DNA of 64,000 bases from Sandaracinaceae bacterium (GTDB lineage Bacteria > Myxococcota_A > Polyangia > Polyangiales > Sandaracinaceae), in contig JBGAQA010000021.1 in the NCBI GenBank assembly GCA_044220955.1, positions 22,783 through 86,782 of the forward strand, written 5' to 3'. Shown here one piece after another: positions 31,496 to 42,595 of this stretch. The position numbers were made by a program, and so were the translations under genes. How positions within the stretch are numbered: the first letter of the stretch is position 1; every line of letters begins with the position of its first letter. The notes under the pieces were generated by a model. It was given only the letters and a program-made list of their open reading frames with translations. It did not search any database and had not been told where the DNA came from.

Positions 31496-32491
31496 TCAGG
31501 GCGCGCCCTCTTCGGGTCCCTCGAGCGCCTCGGTGCCGACGGCGTTGCCCTCGACGAAGAACAGGACCAGGCCGAGCACACCGAAGCCGATCGCCGCGCC
31601 CAGCGCGGCGTCGCTCCAGCCGGAGATGCCACGCGCGGCCTCGAGGCCGTTGGCGTCGTAGGGATTGAGCGCCCGCGACTGCTGGTCGGCCGCGTAGATC
31701 CCGACGCCGATGGCGGCGCCGAGGGCGGCGACGCCGAGGCCCCACGCGACCCAGGTGAAGATGCGATCTCCGTGGGTCGCGCGGTACCGGTGCGCGGGCA
31801 CCAGCTCGATGCGCGCGCTGGTCGTCGTGCCGGTCGTGATCGTCAGGTCGGCGAGGAACGGCACGTACCCGTCCAGGTCGGCCCGGATCCGGTGGGTGCC
31901 CGGCTCGAGCGCGATGTCGTCCTCGAGCGGCGTGCGACCGATCTCGCGATCGTCGATGCGCACGACCGCGCCCTCGCGCTCGGAGCGCAGGCGCAGCGTC
32001 CCCGTGGTCGGCACGACCTGCGAAGCGAGACGGACCGACTCGAGTCGCTCCTCGAGGTTGGCGATCTGCTGCTCGACGGTCGCCCGATCGGGGGGATCGA
32101 CGCGCGCGGTGAGGTAGCGGCGGTAGTGCTCGATCGCCTGCTCGTAGTCCGTGGCCTCGCCGCGCGAGCGCGCCAGTTCCTCGTAGGAGCGGGCGATGTT
32201 GTACCAGATGTCCGCGCTCGGAACGAGCGACGCTGCGACCTGGAACGAGTGGATGGCCTCGGAGTATCGCTCGGCCTGGAAGTGGGCGATGCCGGCCATG
32301 AACTCCTCGCGCGCGCGCGCGGCGGTGTCGGCGTCCTGGTGCCCGACCGTCTCGTCCGGGGTCGCGGAAGCGTCGGGTGGAGGCACACCCGCGTCGTCCT
32401 GCGCCGACGCATGGCCAGCGATCGAGAGCCCCGCGGCGAGGATCACGAGGCAACCGAAGCGTTCGAGGCGGCGTCCCAGCGCCCGGAGCAT
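31496..32491 (-). CDS. TPR plus PEGA domain membrane protein
   Basis: Signal peptide; TPR (YNIARSYE, AIEHYRRYL); PEGA (GAVVRID...GRTPL...LEPGTH); C-terminal TM helices. Confidence 0.8.
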   Translation of the reverse strand: MLRALGRRLERFGCLVILAAGLSIAGHASAQDDAGVPPPDASATPDETVGHQDADTAARAREEFMAGIAHFQAERYSEAIHSFQVAASLVPSADIWYNIARSYEELARSRGEATDYEQAIEHYRRYLTARVDPPDRATVEQQIANLEERLESVRLASQVVPTTGTLRLRSEREGAVVRIDDREIGRTPLEDDIALEPGTHRIRADLDGYVPFLADLTITTGTTTSARIELVPAHRYRATHGDRIFTWVAWGLGVAALGAAIGVGIYAADQQSRALNPYDANGLEAARGISGWSDAALGAAIGFGVLGLVLFFVEGNAVGTEALEGPEEGAP

Positions 32492-32638
32492 AGGGGAGCA
32501 CGATACCACGGGGCTCCGGCAGACGGCTGTTTTTGCGGGAGGTTGCCGCGCTGGGATCCTGGCGAGGGGCCAGATACACTCGATGGAAATGGGGCCTCTT
32601 CGCGACGTCGCCGGTCTCCCTTGGAGCGCGTGCGCTCC

Positions 32639-33994
32639 GTGAGAGCGCCGCGTCCGCCGGTGCTGGTCGGTGATCCCGAGGTCGCGCTCGACCTGACGCG
32701 CGCGGCCAGCGCGATCCACCTCGCGCACGAGCCGCGGGTCGTGGCCGATCCCGCGCTCGAAGCGAGCACGCTGCTGGGCAGCGGCGCGAAGATCGTCGGC
32801 CTCGTCACGGAGGCCCCGCTCGCCCCCCGGACGCTGCTCGAGCTCGCCCGCCACGCGGCCGCCGCACGCGCGCGCGTCGTCCTGGCCTGTCTGGGACGGC
32901 GCGACGAAGCGCGCGAGGACGTCGATCTCGCGAGCGACCTCGGGATCGTCGCGACGACCGACCTGCGCCCGTTCGCGGGCTCCGTGGCGCTCGTGGCGGC
33001 GAAGGCCGAGGCGCCTTGGAACGCCTCGCTCCGCGCGCTGCGCCCGGCCGAGCGCGCGCGCCTCGAGCACCTGCGTCGCTCCGAGCGCGCGAGCGGACGT
33101 CTGGTCCGCGTCGACGACGGGATCGTCGCCTGGGAGAGCGGGGAGCGCACCGTCGCGATCGGCGAGCCCGCGGACGCTGCGGCGGCCCTGGCGGCGCTCG
33201 CGTCCGCGGCGACGGGCGTGGCGCCCGGCCACGCGCGCGTCGAGGCCGTCGACCGCACGCGCGTGAGCGAGGTGCTCTTCGGCCCGCCACGCGCTCTCTC
33301 GGATCCGGCCAGCAAGGCCGCGCTGGCGCCCTACGGGCTGCCGCTGCCGCTCGAGGAGCTCTGCTCGAGCCCCTCGCGCGCGGCGGCCGAGGCGGCGCGC
33401 ATCGGGTTCCCCGTGAAGATCTCGCTCGCGTCGCCCGACCTGCGCTCGTGGGACCACCCGGACCTCTCGGTCGACGGCGTCGACAGCGCCGCGCGCGTGC
33501 GCGACGTATTCCGGCAGATCATGGGCGTGGCCACCGAGCGCCGGCCCGACGCGCGCCTGCTCGGCGTCCACGTGACAGCCACGACGACGGCCGTCGCCCT
33601 CCTCGGCGTCGTCGCGGAGCCCCTCGGCCAGGGAGCCTCGCGCGCTCGCATCTCGTTCGCCGATGCGCACGGGATCGCCTCGAACGACTCCACGTCCACG
33701 ATCCTGCCGCTCCACGCCGATCGCCTCGAGGAGGTGCTCGCGCGCCTCCGTGGCAGCTCGCTCGTGCTCGGCGCGCCTGCCGCGCAGCGCAAGGCGGCCC
33801 TGGACGCCATCGCCGACGTGCTCTTGCGGCTCGCGGCGCTGCTCGACGTGCACAAGGACGAGATCGCCTCGATCGAGCTACGTCCCCTCGCGCTGCTGCT
33901 CGGTGGCAACGTCGAGGTGCGGGAGGCGTGCGTCACCGTCGGCGACGTCTTCGTGCGCCGGATGGACGCGCCGTCCGCCCGAAGCGTCGCCTGA
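32639..33994 (+). CDS. Degenerate acetate--CoA ligase-like ATP-grasp protein
   Basis: LSDPASKAALAPYGLP, AARIGFPV, ILPL, LLRLAAL....EIASIELRPL; start uncertain. Confidence 0.7.
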   Translation: MRAPRPPVLVGDPEVALDLTRAASAIHLAHEPRVVADPALEASTLLGSGAKIVGLVTEAPLAPRTLLELARHAAAARARVVLACLGRRDEAREDVDLASDLGIVATTDLRPFAGSVALVAAKAEAPWNASLRALRPAERARLEHLRRSERASGRLVRVDDGIVAWESGERTVAIGEPADAAAALAALASAATGVAPGHARVEAVDRTRVSEVLFGPPRALSDPASKAALAPYGLPLPLEELCSSPSRAAAEAARIGFPVKISLASPDLRSWDHPDLSVDGVDSAARVRDVFRQIMGVATERRPDARLLGVHVTATTTAVALLGVVAEPLGQGASRARISFADAHGIASNDSTSTILPLHADRLEEVLARLRGSSLVLGAPAAQRKAALDAIADVLLRLAALLDVHKDEIASIELRPLALLLGGNVEVREACVTVGDVFVRRMDAPSARSVA

Positions 33995-34033
33995 TCCCGT
34001 GCGATCCCGGGCGCGCCCGCGCCCGCCGCGGCC

Positions 34034-35007
34034 TCAACGCGCGAGGTGGCACGCCACGCGCGCCGAGCCGACGTCGCGCAGCTCGGGCCGCTCGGTGTCG
34101 CAGAGGCCCTTCTGGGCGATCGGGCAGCGTGGATGGAACGCGCACCCGCTCGGCGGCCGCGTCGGGCTCGGCGGCTCGCCCGCGAGCACCAGGCGGGTCC
34201 GCTTCGTCTTCGGATCGGGCACGGGGATCGCCGAGAGCAACGCCCGGGTGTACGGGTGCTTCGGTGCCTCGTAGAGCGCCTCGCTCGGAGCCAGCTCCAC
34301 GATCCGGCCCAGGTACATCACGGCCACGCGCCGGCTCATGAAGCGGACCACGCTCAGGTCGTGCGCGACGAAGAGATAGGAGAGGCCCATCGCGTCCTGC
34401 AGGTCTCGGAGCAGGTTCACGACCTGGGCCTGGATCGACACGTCGAGGGCGGCGACCGGCTCGTCGCAGACGATGAGCTCGGGGCCGACCGAGAGCGCGC
34501 GGGCGATGACGATGCGCTGCCGCTGCCCCCCGGAGAACTCGTGCGGATACCGCGACGCTTGCTCCTTGCGCAGGCCCACCTTGTCGAGGAGCGCGTCGAC
34601 CTGGGCCGCCTCCTCGTCGCTCGTCCGGGCGATCCCGTGGATGCGCAGGGGCTCGCCGAGCGCCTCGCGGACGGTCATGCGTGGGTTGAGCGCGCTCATC
34701 GGATCCTGGAAGACGATCTGCATTCGCCGCCGGAACGGGCGAAGCTCCGCGTCGCGCAGCGTGGTCAGATCCTGGCCGTCGAACGTCACGCGGCCCTCGG
34801 TCGGGTCGAGGAGGCGGATGGCCACGCGTCCGAGCGTGCTCTTGCCGCAGCCGCTCTCGCCCACCAGGCCGAGCGTCTCGCCGCGGCCGACCTCGAGGTC
34901 CACTCCGTCCACCGCCCGCACGGACGCGAGCGCCCGTCCGAGGAACGAGCGTCGCGTCACGAAGGTCTTGCCGACCCCGGCGAGCGAGAGCAGCGGCCCT
35001 GGCGCGC

Positions 35008-35011
<4 letters not shown>
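34034..35011 (-). CDS. Oligopeptide/dipeptide ABC transporter ATP-binding subunit (OppF-like)
   Basis: [36 protein letters not shown]. Confidence 0.93.
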
Positions 35012-35988
<977 letters not shown>

Positions 35989-36028
35989 CGGCGCGGACTC
36001 TATCACCGCGCCCCCGGCCGTCCGCGCT

Positions 36029-36880
36029 TCACATCCCGCACTCGACCGGCTCCACCGAGAGGCCGTCGCGCGGCGCCTGGCGGAACGCGTCGTCCGGGAT
36101 CTCGGGGTTCAGGTCGATCGAGGTGAAGCGCACGAGCGTGTCGACACCCCGCGCGGGCAGCTCGAAGTGGACGCTGAAGGGCATCGCGACCCCGCGGCGT
36201 GGGGTCTCCGTGTCGAGCGGGTCCTCGATCACACGATGGTCGTCGTAGCGGACGCGCCACGCGAGCGAGCCATCCGGCTCGTGGACCTCGCTCGCGCGCA
36301 GGCGCAGGCGCTGCTGCTCGGGAGGCGCCGCGACGTCGGCCTCGCGCACGTCGAACGAGAGAACCTGCACCCGGCCGTCCGCCGCGCGGCGCGTCACGAC
36401 GTAGTGGCCACCCTCGCAGACGACGCTCTCGCCCTCGGTCTCGAGCAGGGGCGTCTCGCCGAACAGGAAGCGCGCCACCTCCGATCCTTCGAGCGGCAGA
36501 CCGAGGAGGCGCTCGATGTTCTCGGCGCAGCTCGGCCCGACGAAGTAGCGGTTCTCGCGCAGGTCGGTGAGCGCGAACTCGACGCCGTCGCTCGTCAGCA
36601 CGGCCGCGGGACCGAACTGCGTCATCGCGTCGAAGCGCACGCGATCGGGGCGCGCGACGAGCATGAGCACCGTGCCGCGGATGCGGCCGGACGCGTCGCG
36701 CCTGTCCACGCGCGCCTCGGCCCGGAGGGCGCGCGCGGGCGTACGCATCGAGACGAACGAGCGGAGGAGCGGCGCGGCGGTCGGAAACGTCTCGCGCGGG
36801 CAGCTCGCGCCGCTGCAGGCGCTCGAGAGCCCTCCGAGCGAGACGAGGAGCGCCAGCGCGACGACGCGATCAGGGCGCAT
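36029..36880 (-). CDS. Lipoprotein, LolA/LolB-like (DUF4292-type) fold
   Basis: Lipobox [12 protein letters not shown]...FG, LTSDG.EF, C-terminal [10 protein letters not shown]. Confidence 0.62.
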   Translation of the reverse strand: MRPDRVVALALLVSLGGLSSACSGASCPRETFPTAAPLLRSFVSMRTPARALRAEARVDRRDASGRIRGTVLMLVARPDRVRFDAMTQFGPAAVLTSDGVEFALTDLRENRYFVGPSCAENIERLLGLPLEGSEVARFLFGETPLLETEGESVVCEGGHYVVTRRAADGRVQVLSFDVREADVAAPPEQQRLRLRASEVHEPDGSLAWRVRYDDHRVIEDPLDTETPRRGVAMPFSVHFELPARGVDTLVRFTSIDLNPEIPDDAFRQAPRDGLSVEPVECGM

Positions 36881-37799
36881 GGGGCGCCGTCGGGCTCGTC
36901 GTCGTCCCCGTCGAGGTCGGCGCATGCACCTCGCCGCGCATCACGCGACGGTTGAGATCGGCGAGCCGGTGCCGGACGTCGACGGCGAACGCGCCGTGCG
37001 GCCAGCGCCGCATGTAGGTCCGCAGGGCCGCGCGCGCCTCGTCGATCTCGCCGAGGGTCTCGGCGCAGTCGGCGAACAGGAGGAGCGCGTCGTCCTGTAG
37101 CTCGCGGTCGACGGTCTGCTCCGCGACCTCGGCCGCCAGATCCTTGGCGCGCGCGTCCTGGCCCAGGTGGCGCAGCGCGCGCGCGAGCTCGAGCTTGACC
37201 GCGGGCGTGTGCGGGCCGTCCTCGCTGAGCCGCAGCGACTCCTGGAAGGCCTCGGCGGCCTCGGCGTAGCGGGCGGTGCGGACGAGATCCATGCCGTTCT
37301 GGTAGGCCTCGACGCTGAGATCCTCGGTGAACTGGTCGACGGTGTCGCGGAAGAAGGCGGCCTCCGCCGACGAGAGCTGCTCGCGACGCACCTCGGGGTA
37401 GTGCTCGACCACCTCCTGCCGGCGGTGCTCGCGGATCATGCGGTAGAAGGACGACGCCTCGTTCTCCGCGTGGGCGCGCGCTTCGGCGCGGGCCGTCTCC
37501 TCGCGCAGGTCGCGCTGCAGGGCCTGGACCTGCTGCTCGAGCTCGGTCGTCTCGCCCCGCGCGTCGTTCACGCGCTGCTCGGTGCCCCACCAGAGGCCGA
37601 GGAACGAGATGGCGGCGAAGAGCGTGTACGCGACGGCGCTGTTGAGGTTGAAGCGGCGCTCGTAGCCTGCCTGGCGCTTGGCGATCGACTTGATGTCGGC
37701 CGCGAGCGAGTTGGTCAGGTTGCCCGTCTTGATGACGAGCCCCCGGGACTCGATGATCTCGCGCTTGATCTCGCGGATCTCCTCGTCGGCATCGGCCAT
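36870..37799 (-). CDS. Membrane-anchored coiled-coil/TPR protein
   Basis: N-terminal coiled coil, one TM helix, coiled coil, then TPRs ending [10 protein letters not shown]. Confidence 0.72.
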   Translation of the reverse strand: MADADEEIREIKREIIESRGLVIKTGNLTNSLAADIKSIAKRQAGYERRFNLNSAVAYTLFAAISFLGLWWGTEQRVNDARGETTELEQQVQALQRDLREETARAEARAHAENEASSFYRMIREHRRQEVVEHYPEVRREQLSSAEAAFFRDTVDQFTEDLSVEAYQNGMDLVRTARYAEAAEAFQESLRLSEDGPHTPAVKLELARALRHLGQDARAKDLAAEVAEQTVDRELQDDALLLFADCAETLGEIDEARAALRTYMRRWPHGAFAVDVRHRLADLNRRVMRGEVHAPTSTGTTTSPTAPHAP

Positions 37800-37908
37800 G
37801 AATCGGGACAGCTAGCCGCGATCCGGGGCGCTCGCAAGCGTGGCCCGGCCGGCGCCGCGTCTTGACGCCGCGAAGCCCGACGAATTAGAACCGTCGCGGA
37901 GGTTCCCG

Positions 37909-38325
37909 ATGCGCAAGCTCCTCGCTGGTCTGTGTCTCGCCCTGGCGCTGCAGCTCACCGGTGCTGGCTGCGGTGGTGGCCACAGCTACGACATCCGCGG
38001 AACGCAGCGCGACCCCGGCGCCGACGCGCACGTGCAGATCGAGAACATCGAGGGTGGCAACCACCTCATCACGATCACGGTCCGCAACCTCACGCCGCCG
38101 GACCGCCTGGGCACGGGCAACACCGCGTTCGTCGTCTGGGTGCGCCAGGACGGCGGGCAGACCTCGCTGGCGAGCCGCCTCGAGTACCAGCAGGACCAGC
38201 GGACGGGCCGTGCGACGGCGACGACGCCGGCGGGCCACTTCACGCTCCTCATCACCGCGGAGCGCACGGCTCAGGTCACGCAGCCGAGCGACTTCGTCGT
38301 CTTCCAGCAGAACGTGGCGCTCTGA
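37909..38325 (+). CDS. Hypothetical lipoprotein
   Basis: SD GGAGG; lipobox GAGC; FVVW and LLITAE beta-rich domain; possible promoter TTGACG-N18-TAGAAC at 37862-37891. Confidence 0.72.
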   Translation: MRKLLAGLCLALALQLTGAGCGGGHSYDIRGTQRDPGADAHVQIENIEGGNHLITITVRNLTPPDRLGTGNTAFVVWVRQDGGQTSLASRLEYQQDQRTGRATATTPAGHFTLLITAERTAQVTQPSDFVVFQQNVAL

Positions 38326-38421
38326 CCCCTGTTCGGCGCTCACGGAGAGATGGCGGCGAGCGCGGGCATCGGCTAGATAGCCGCCCTCCCCGCGGGGCCA
38401 TCGCGGGGCAGCAGGCAGGCC

Positions 38422-38985
38422 ATGTACGACACGTCCGATATCCGGAAGAATCTGAAGTTCTTGCTCGAGGGCGTCCCGGTCCTCGTGGTGGACTTCCAGT
38501 TCGTCAAGCCCGGCAAGGGGCAGGCGTTCACGCGGACCAAGCTCCGCAACATGCTCACCGGCACGATGCTCGAGCGCACGTTCAAGACGGGCGAGAAGTT
38601 CGAGAAGGCGGACATGGAGGAGCGCCAGCAGCAGTTCCTCTACCCCGAGGGCGACAAGTTCGTGTTCATGGACACGAAGTCCTACGAGCAGCTCTACCTG
38701 TCGAAGGAGCAGCTGGGTGAGGCGGCGATGTTCATCCAGGATGGGATGATGGTCGACGTGCTCTTCTGGAACGAGCGCCCGATCGGCGTCACGCCCCCGA
38801 CCTTCGTCGAGCTCAGGATCGTGGAGACGGAGCCGGGGTTCAAGGGCGACACCAGCACCAACACGCTCAAGCCCGCCAAGCTCGAGACGGGCGCCACGGT
38901 CGGCGTGCCGCTCTTCGTCAACGAAGGCGACACGATCAAGATCGACACGCGCACCTACGAGTACGTCGAGCGCGTCAAGAAGTGA
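38422..38985 (+). CDS. efp: Elongation factor P
   Basis: VKPGKGQAF, TEPGFKGDT, KPAKLETG, VPLFV, DTR. Confidence 0.97.
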   Translation: MYDTSDIRKNLKFLLEGVPVLVVDFQFVKPGKGQAFTRTKLRNMLTGTMLERTFKTGEKFEKADMEERQQQFLYPEGDKFVFMDTKSYEQLYLSKEQLGEAAMFIQDGMMVDVLFWNERPIGVTPPTFVELRIVETEPGFKGDTSTNTLKPAKLETGATVGVPLFVNEGDTIKIDTRTYEYVERVKK

Positions 38986-40184
38986 GGACGATCGGCGAGG
39001 CGCTCGGCGCCCCGGCCGGTACGTCGCTCGAGGTCGGAGGACGCATCACGCTGCGCGAGGGGCGGCGCGCGCGCATCGAGGACGCGCTCGACGCGATCGA
39101 TGCGCAGGGCGAGGGCTGGCCCGAGGAGGGCTCGCTCGTCGTCGTCGGCGGCACCCGGACGGAGCAAGGCATCGCGGTGGGTCGGCTCGAGGTGGTCGGC
39201 CGACCGACGGCGCCCTTCCCTCGCGCGGGCGGCGAGGTGCGCGCCCTGACGGATGGCGGGCGGCGGCGGGCGCGGGCGCTCGTCGCTCGCCACACGGTGC
39301 TCGACGCAATCCGTACCTTCTTCCGTGACCGCGGCTTCGTCGAGGTGGAGACCCCCTGCGCGGTCCCCTCCCCCGGGCTCGACGTCCACCTCGCGGCGCT
39401 CGGCGTCACCGGGCTGCGCGCGGAGCGCTGGCTCGCGACGAGCCCGGAGTACCAGATGAAGCGGCTGCTCGTGGGCGGCATGCCGCGCATCTTCCAGCTG
39501 GGGCGCGCCTTCCGCGCCGACGAGTCGGGCGCGCGGCACCAGCCCGAGTTCACCCTGCTCGAGTGGTACCGCGGGTTCTCGCACGCCGAGGCGGTGATGC
39601 GCGACACCGAGGAGCTCGTGCTCGCCCTCGCGCTCGAGCTGAACGGCACGAGCGAGGTCACCACGGAGCGCGGGCCGCTCGACGTGCAGACGCCCTGGGA
39701 GCGGCTCCCGGTCGCCCACGCGTTCGCGCGCTACGCGGGCGCCGACCTGGCGGAGGTGCTGCCCGACGAGGAGCGTTTCTTCCGCATCCTGGTCGAGCAG
39801 GTCGAGCCCGAGCTCGGCCGCGGACGGCCGGTGTTCCTCACCGAGTGGCCGCCGACGATGGCGTCCCTCGCCCGCCTCGTGCCGGGATCGTCACCGCCGG
39901 TCGCCGATCGATTCGAGGCGTTCGTCGACACGCTCGAGCTGTGCAACGGCTTCGGCGAGCTCACCGATCCGGTCGAGCAGCGACGGCGCCTGGAGCACGA
40001 CCGGCTCGAGCGGGCGCGGCTCGGGCTGCCCGTGTACCCGCTCGACGAGCGCTTCGTCTCGGCGCTGGAGGAAGGGATGCCGCCGAGCGGCGGCAACGCG
40101 CTGGGCGTCGACCGCCTGCTGATGCTGCTCACCGGGGCGCGCGACCTGCGCGACGTGATCGCGTTCCCGGACGACCGGCTCTGA
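38982..40184 (+). CDS. epmA: EF-P lysine aminoacylase EpmA/GenX with N-terminal extension
   Basis: Coupled to efp (4-nt overlap); FVEVETP, LATSPEYQMKRLL, HQPEFTLLEWY, RFE...ELCNGFGELTD, GNALGVDRL. Confidence 0.9.
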   Translation: MRTIGEALGAPAGTSLEVGGRITLREGRRARIEDALDAIDAQGEGWPEEGSLVVVGGTRTEQGIAVGRLEVVGRPTAPFPRAGGEVRALTDGGRRRARALVARHTVLDAIRTFFRDRGFVEVETPCAVPSPGLDVHLAALGVTGLRAERWLATSPEYQMKRLLVGGMPRIFQLGRAFRADESGARHQPEFTLLEWYRGFSHAEAVMRDTEELVLALALELNGTSEVTTERGPLDVQTPWERLPVAHAFARYAGADLAEVLPDEERFFRILVEQVEPELGRGRPVFLTEWPPTMASLARLVPGSSPPVADRFEAFVDTLELCNGFGELTDPVEQRRRLEHDRLERARLGLPVYPLDERFVSALEEGMPPSGGNALGVDRLLMLLTGARDLRDVIAFPDDRL

Positions 40185-40210
40185 AGCGCCGTTCGGCGTA
40201 CCTTCCCCGG

Positions 40211-41170
40211 GTGAGGCTCCGCCCGATCCCCCGCGCGCTCGGGGCCGCCGTGTGCGTGCTCGCCGCCGGCTGCGCCGGCGGGATCGTGCTGCACCTGCGC
40301 GTGCCTCGCCCCGCGGAGATCCCCGCGCGCGCCTACCCCGTCGTCTACGTCGCGGCGAGCGACGACGGGGCCTCGGCCGATGCGGCGGCGGCGATCGCCC
40401 GGCACCTCGAGAGCGGGGCGACGCGCGTGGTCTCGGTCCCCGCGTCCTCGCTCCTCGCGAGCGCGCGGGCCGAGCCCGCGGCGACCCTGGCGCTCCTGAT
40501 CACCGCGAGCGTCGGCGAGCGCGAGGACACGGGCATGTCCGTTCCCACCGCGCGCTGCGCGCCGGGCGCGCCTTGCTTCGGCTACCCCGAGCGGCTGCCC
40601 CTGGACGTGGCGTTCCAGGTCGCGCGCGTCGCGGTCCGCGCGTTCGATCCACGGTCCGGCAGCGAGCTCGGTCACGCGAGCGTCGAGGAAGAAGAGCGCG
40701 AGCCGACCCCGCTGGCGGCGCAGCTCACGGCCCTCTCGCGGGCGCGCGACGCCGCGCTGGGGCTCTTCGACGTCCGCGACGAGCCGCTCGAGATCGAGCT
40801 CGACGACCCCCGGGACGAGCGAGGCCGCGCCGCGCTCGAGGAGGCGCGCGCGGGCCGAGTCCGCGCCGCCAGGCGGGCGATCGAGGCCCGGCTCGCCGAT
40901 GCCATCCCGGAGGAGCGCGCGCGCGCGGCGCTCACGTTCGACCTCGGCCAGCTCGTCCGCGTCGACGTCGATGCGCACGCCGCAGACCCCGTCGCCGAGG
41001 AGACGGCACGGCTCGACGCCGCCGAGGCCCACATCGTCGCGGCGCTCCGGATGGTGCCGGACGCCCGCTACGAGCGGGCGCTGCAACAGCTCCGCGCGGA
41101 GCGCACCGCTCGCGAGGACGTCCGTGCCCAGCAGGCCGCCGCGGACGCGAACTTCGGCGCCACGCCCTGA
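40211..41170 (+). CDS. Hypothetical lipoprotein
   Basis: Lipobox AAGC; TACCTT 6 nt before the GTG; C-terminal TPR-like helices. Confidence 0.6.
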   Translation: MRLRPIPRALGAAVCVLAAGCAGGIVLHLRVPRPAEIPARAYPVVYVAASDDGASADAAAAIARHLESGATRVVSVPASSLLASARAEPAATLALLITASVGEREDTGMSVPTARCAPGAPCFGYPERLPLDVAFQVARVAVRAFDPRSGSELGHASVEEEEREPTPLAAQLTALSRARDAALGLFDVRDEPLEIELDDPRDERGRAALEEARAGRVRAARRAIEARLADAIPEERARAALTFDLGQLVRVDVDAHAADPVAEETARLDAAEAHIVAALRMVPDARYERALQQLRAERTAREDVRAQQAAADANFGATP

Positions 41171-41183
41171 CGAGGCGGACGCG

Positions 41184-42467
41184 TCAGATGCTCACGTAGA
41201 GGAACGCGAGGCACATCTCGTCCTGCGTCCCCTCGCCCCAGGTCACCGGCGTGTCGCGGCTCGAGGTGTTCCACGTGCACGTGATGCGCATCCGCGTCGT
41301 GTCCGTGATCGGGATCGGCCGCTGGTACTCGTAGCCGAGCTGCCAGTTGAAGTCCCAGCGCGGGATGTGGACGAGGCAGTCGCTCGAGCCATCGGCGTTC
41401 AGCACGTCGACCTGGATGTCGGTGCCGAGCGTGTGCATGTGCGGTCCGATGGAGTAGACGTGCGCGGACGCGACCCCGAAGTCGCCGAGCCAGGCCTGCC
41501 CGAACTCCATGTCGTAGGAGTGCGTGGCCGCCGACATGCGCGGCGGAGCGACGAGGCCGAGGTCGGCGATCGGCAGGAAGAACCCCGGGATCGCGCTGTC
41601 CGCGATCTCGACGTCCACCGTCGAGTGGTCCGTGTCCCCGGGCCGCGCACCGAGCAGGTTGTAGTGGACCTGCACGACGAGCGGTCGGGTGCCGTCGATC
41701 TCGAGCCCGGTACCCGCCGGGGCTCGCACGGCCCCGCCGCCGGGCGCCCAGAGCACGACCGGGAGCGCGTTGTCGGTGCCTGCGCCGCCGAAGCAGGTGT
41801 AGCCCGGGCCTGGCTCGGCGGCGTCGGCGGCCATCACCGTGTCGACGGCGTTCTGGTCCGTGGGCTCGTACACGATCACGTGGTGGACGATGCGAGCGTT
41901 GCCCGGGTGCACCTCGGCTCCGGTCACGAAGCCGCCGCGCGGCGGCTGGACGAGGAAGCAGTGGTAGTCGTCGGCGCCCAGGGCGGAATTGGGCACGTAG
42001 TCCATGCCGATGTCGATCGTGCGCACGTCCGCTCCGCTGAGGTGCGGGACCTGTCGCGGCGTCGGCGCCGGAGTGCCGGGATCCCCCTCGGGCGCGCCCT
42101 GGGCGTTCCAGTCCGCGAGCGTGCGCAGCTCCGCGTCGCTCAGCCAGTCGTTCGTGTCGAACTGCTGGCACGCGCCGGAGTTGTCGGCCAGGAAGGGCGG
42201 CATCCGCCGCGATGCCGTGTACGTCGCGATGAGCGGCGCGGCCGGCATCGCCGCCTCGTAGGTGTCGAGCGCGATGGGCGCGATGCCTCCGGCGACGTGA
42301 CAGCCGACACAGTGCTCCGCGAGGATCGGACGCACCTGGCCGTAGTACGTGACCGGCATCGAGGTCGCCGAGTCGGAGCCGGACGGCCCGGAGTCCGCCA
42401 CGCCGCCTCCCGAGCTCGAGCACGCCGTCAGACACAGGACAACGAGCACGAGAGCCACACGCTTCAT
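41184..42467 (-). CDS. Copper type II (PHM/DBH-like) monooxygenase lipoprotein with N-terminal heme c motif
   Basis: SD GGAGG; lipobox LTAC; CVGCH and MPP; IVHH, QVHY, PHMH, WDFNWQ, DEMC. Confidence 0.82.
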   Translation of the reverse strand: MKRVALVLVVLCLTACSSSGGGVADSGPSGSDSATSMPVTYYGQVRPILAEHCVGCHVAGGIAPIALDTYEAAMPAAPLIATYTASRRMPPFLADNSGACQQFDTNDWLSDAELRTLADWNAQGAPEGDPGTPAPTPRQVPHLSGADVRTIDIGMDYVPNSALGADDYHCFLVQPPRGGFVTGAEVHPGNARIVHHVIVYEPTDQNAVDTVMAADAAEPGPGYTCFGGAGTDNALPVVLWAPGGGAVRAPAGTGLEIDGTRPLVVQVHYNLLGARPGDTDHSTVDVEIADSAIPGFFLPIADLGLVAPPRMSAATHSYDMEFGQAWLGDFGVASAHVYSIGPHMHTLGTDIQVDVLNADGSSDCLVHIPRWDFNWQLGYEYQRPIPITDTTRMRITCTWNTSSRDTPVTWGEGTQDEMCLAFLYVSI

Positions 42468-42595
42468 CGACAGCCTCCGGCGAGCGGTGCGGGAGCGTAG
42501 TGCGATGCGCGCCCGGGCGCGAGGGAGATGCGCTCGCCGGGTGGAAATGCGAGCCCGTGAAAGGCCCGGGCGCTGCGGCGCGTTATAAGCTGCGG

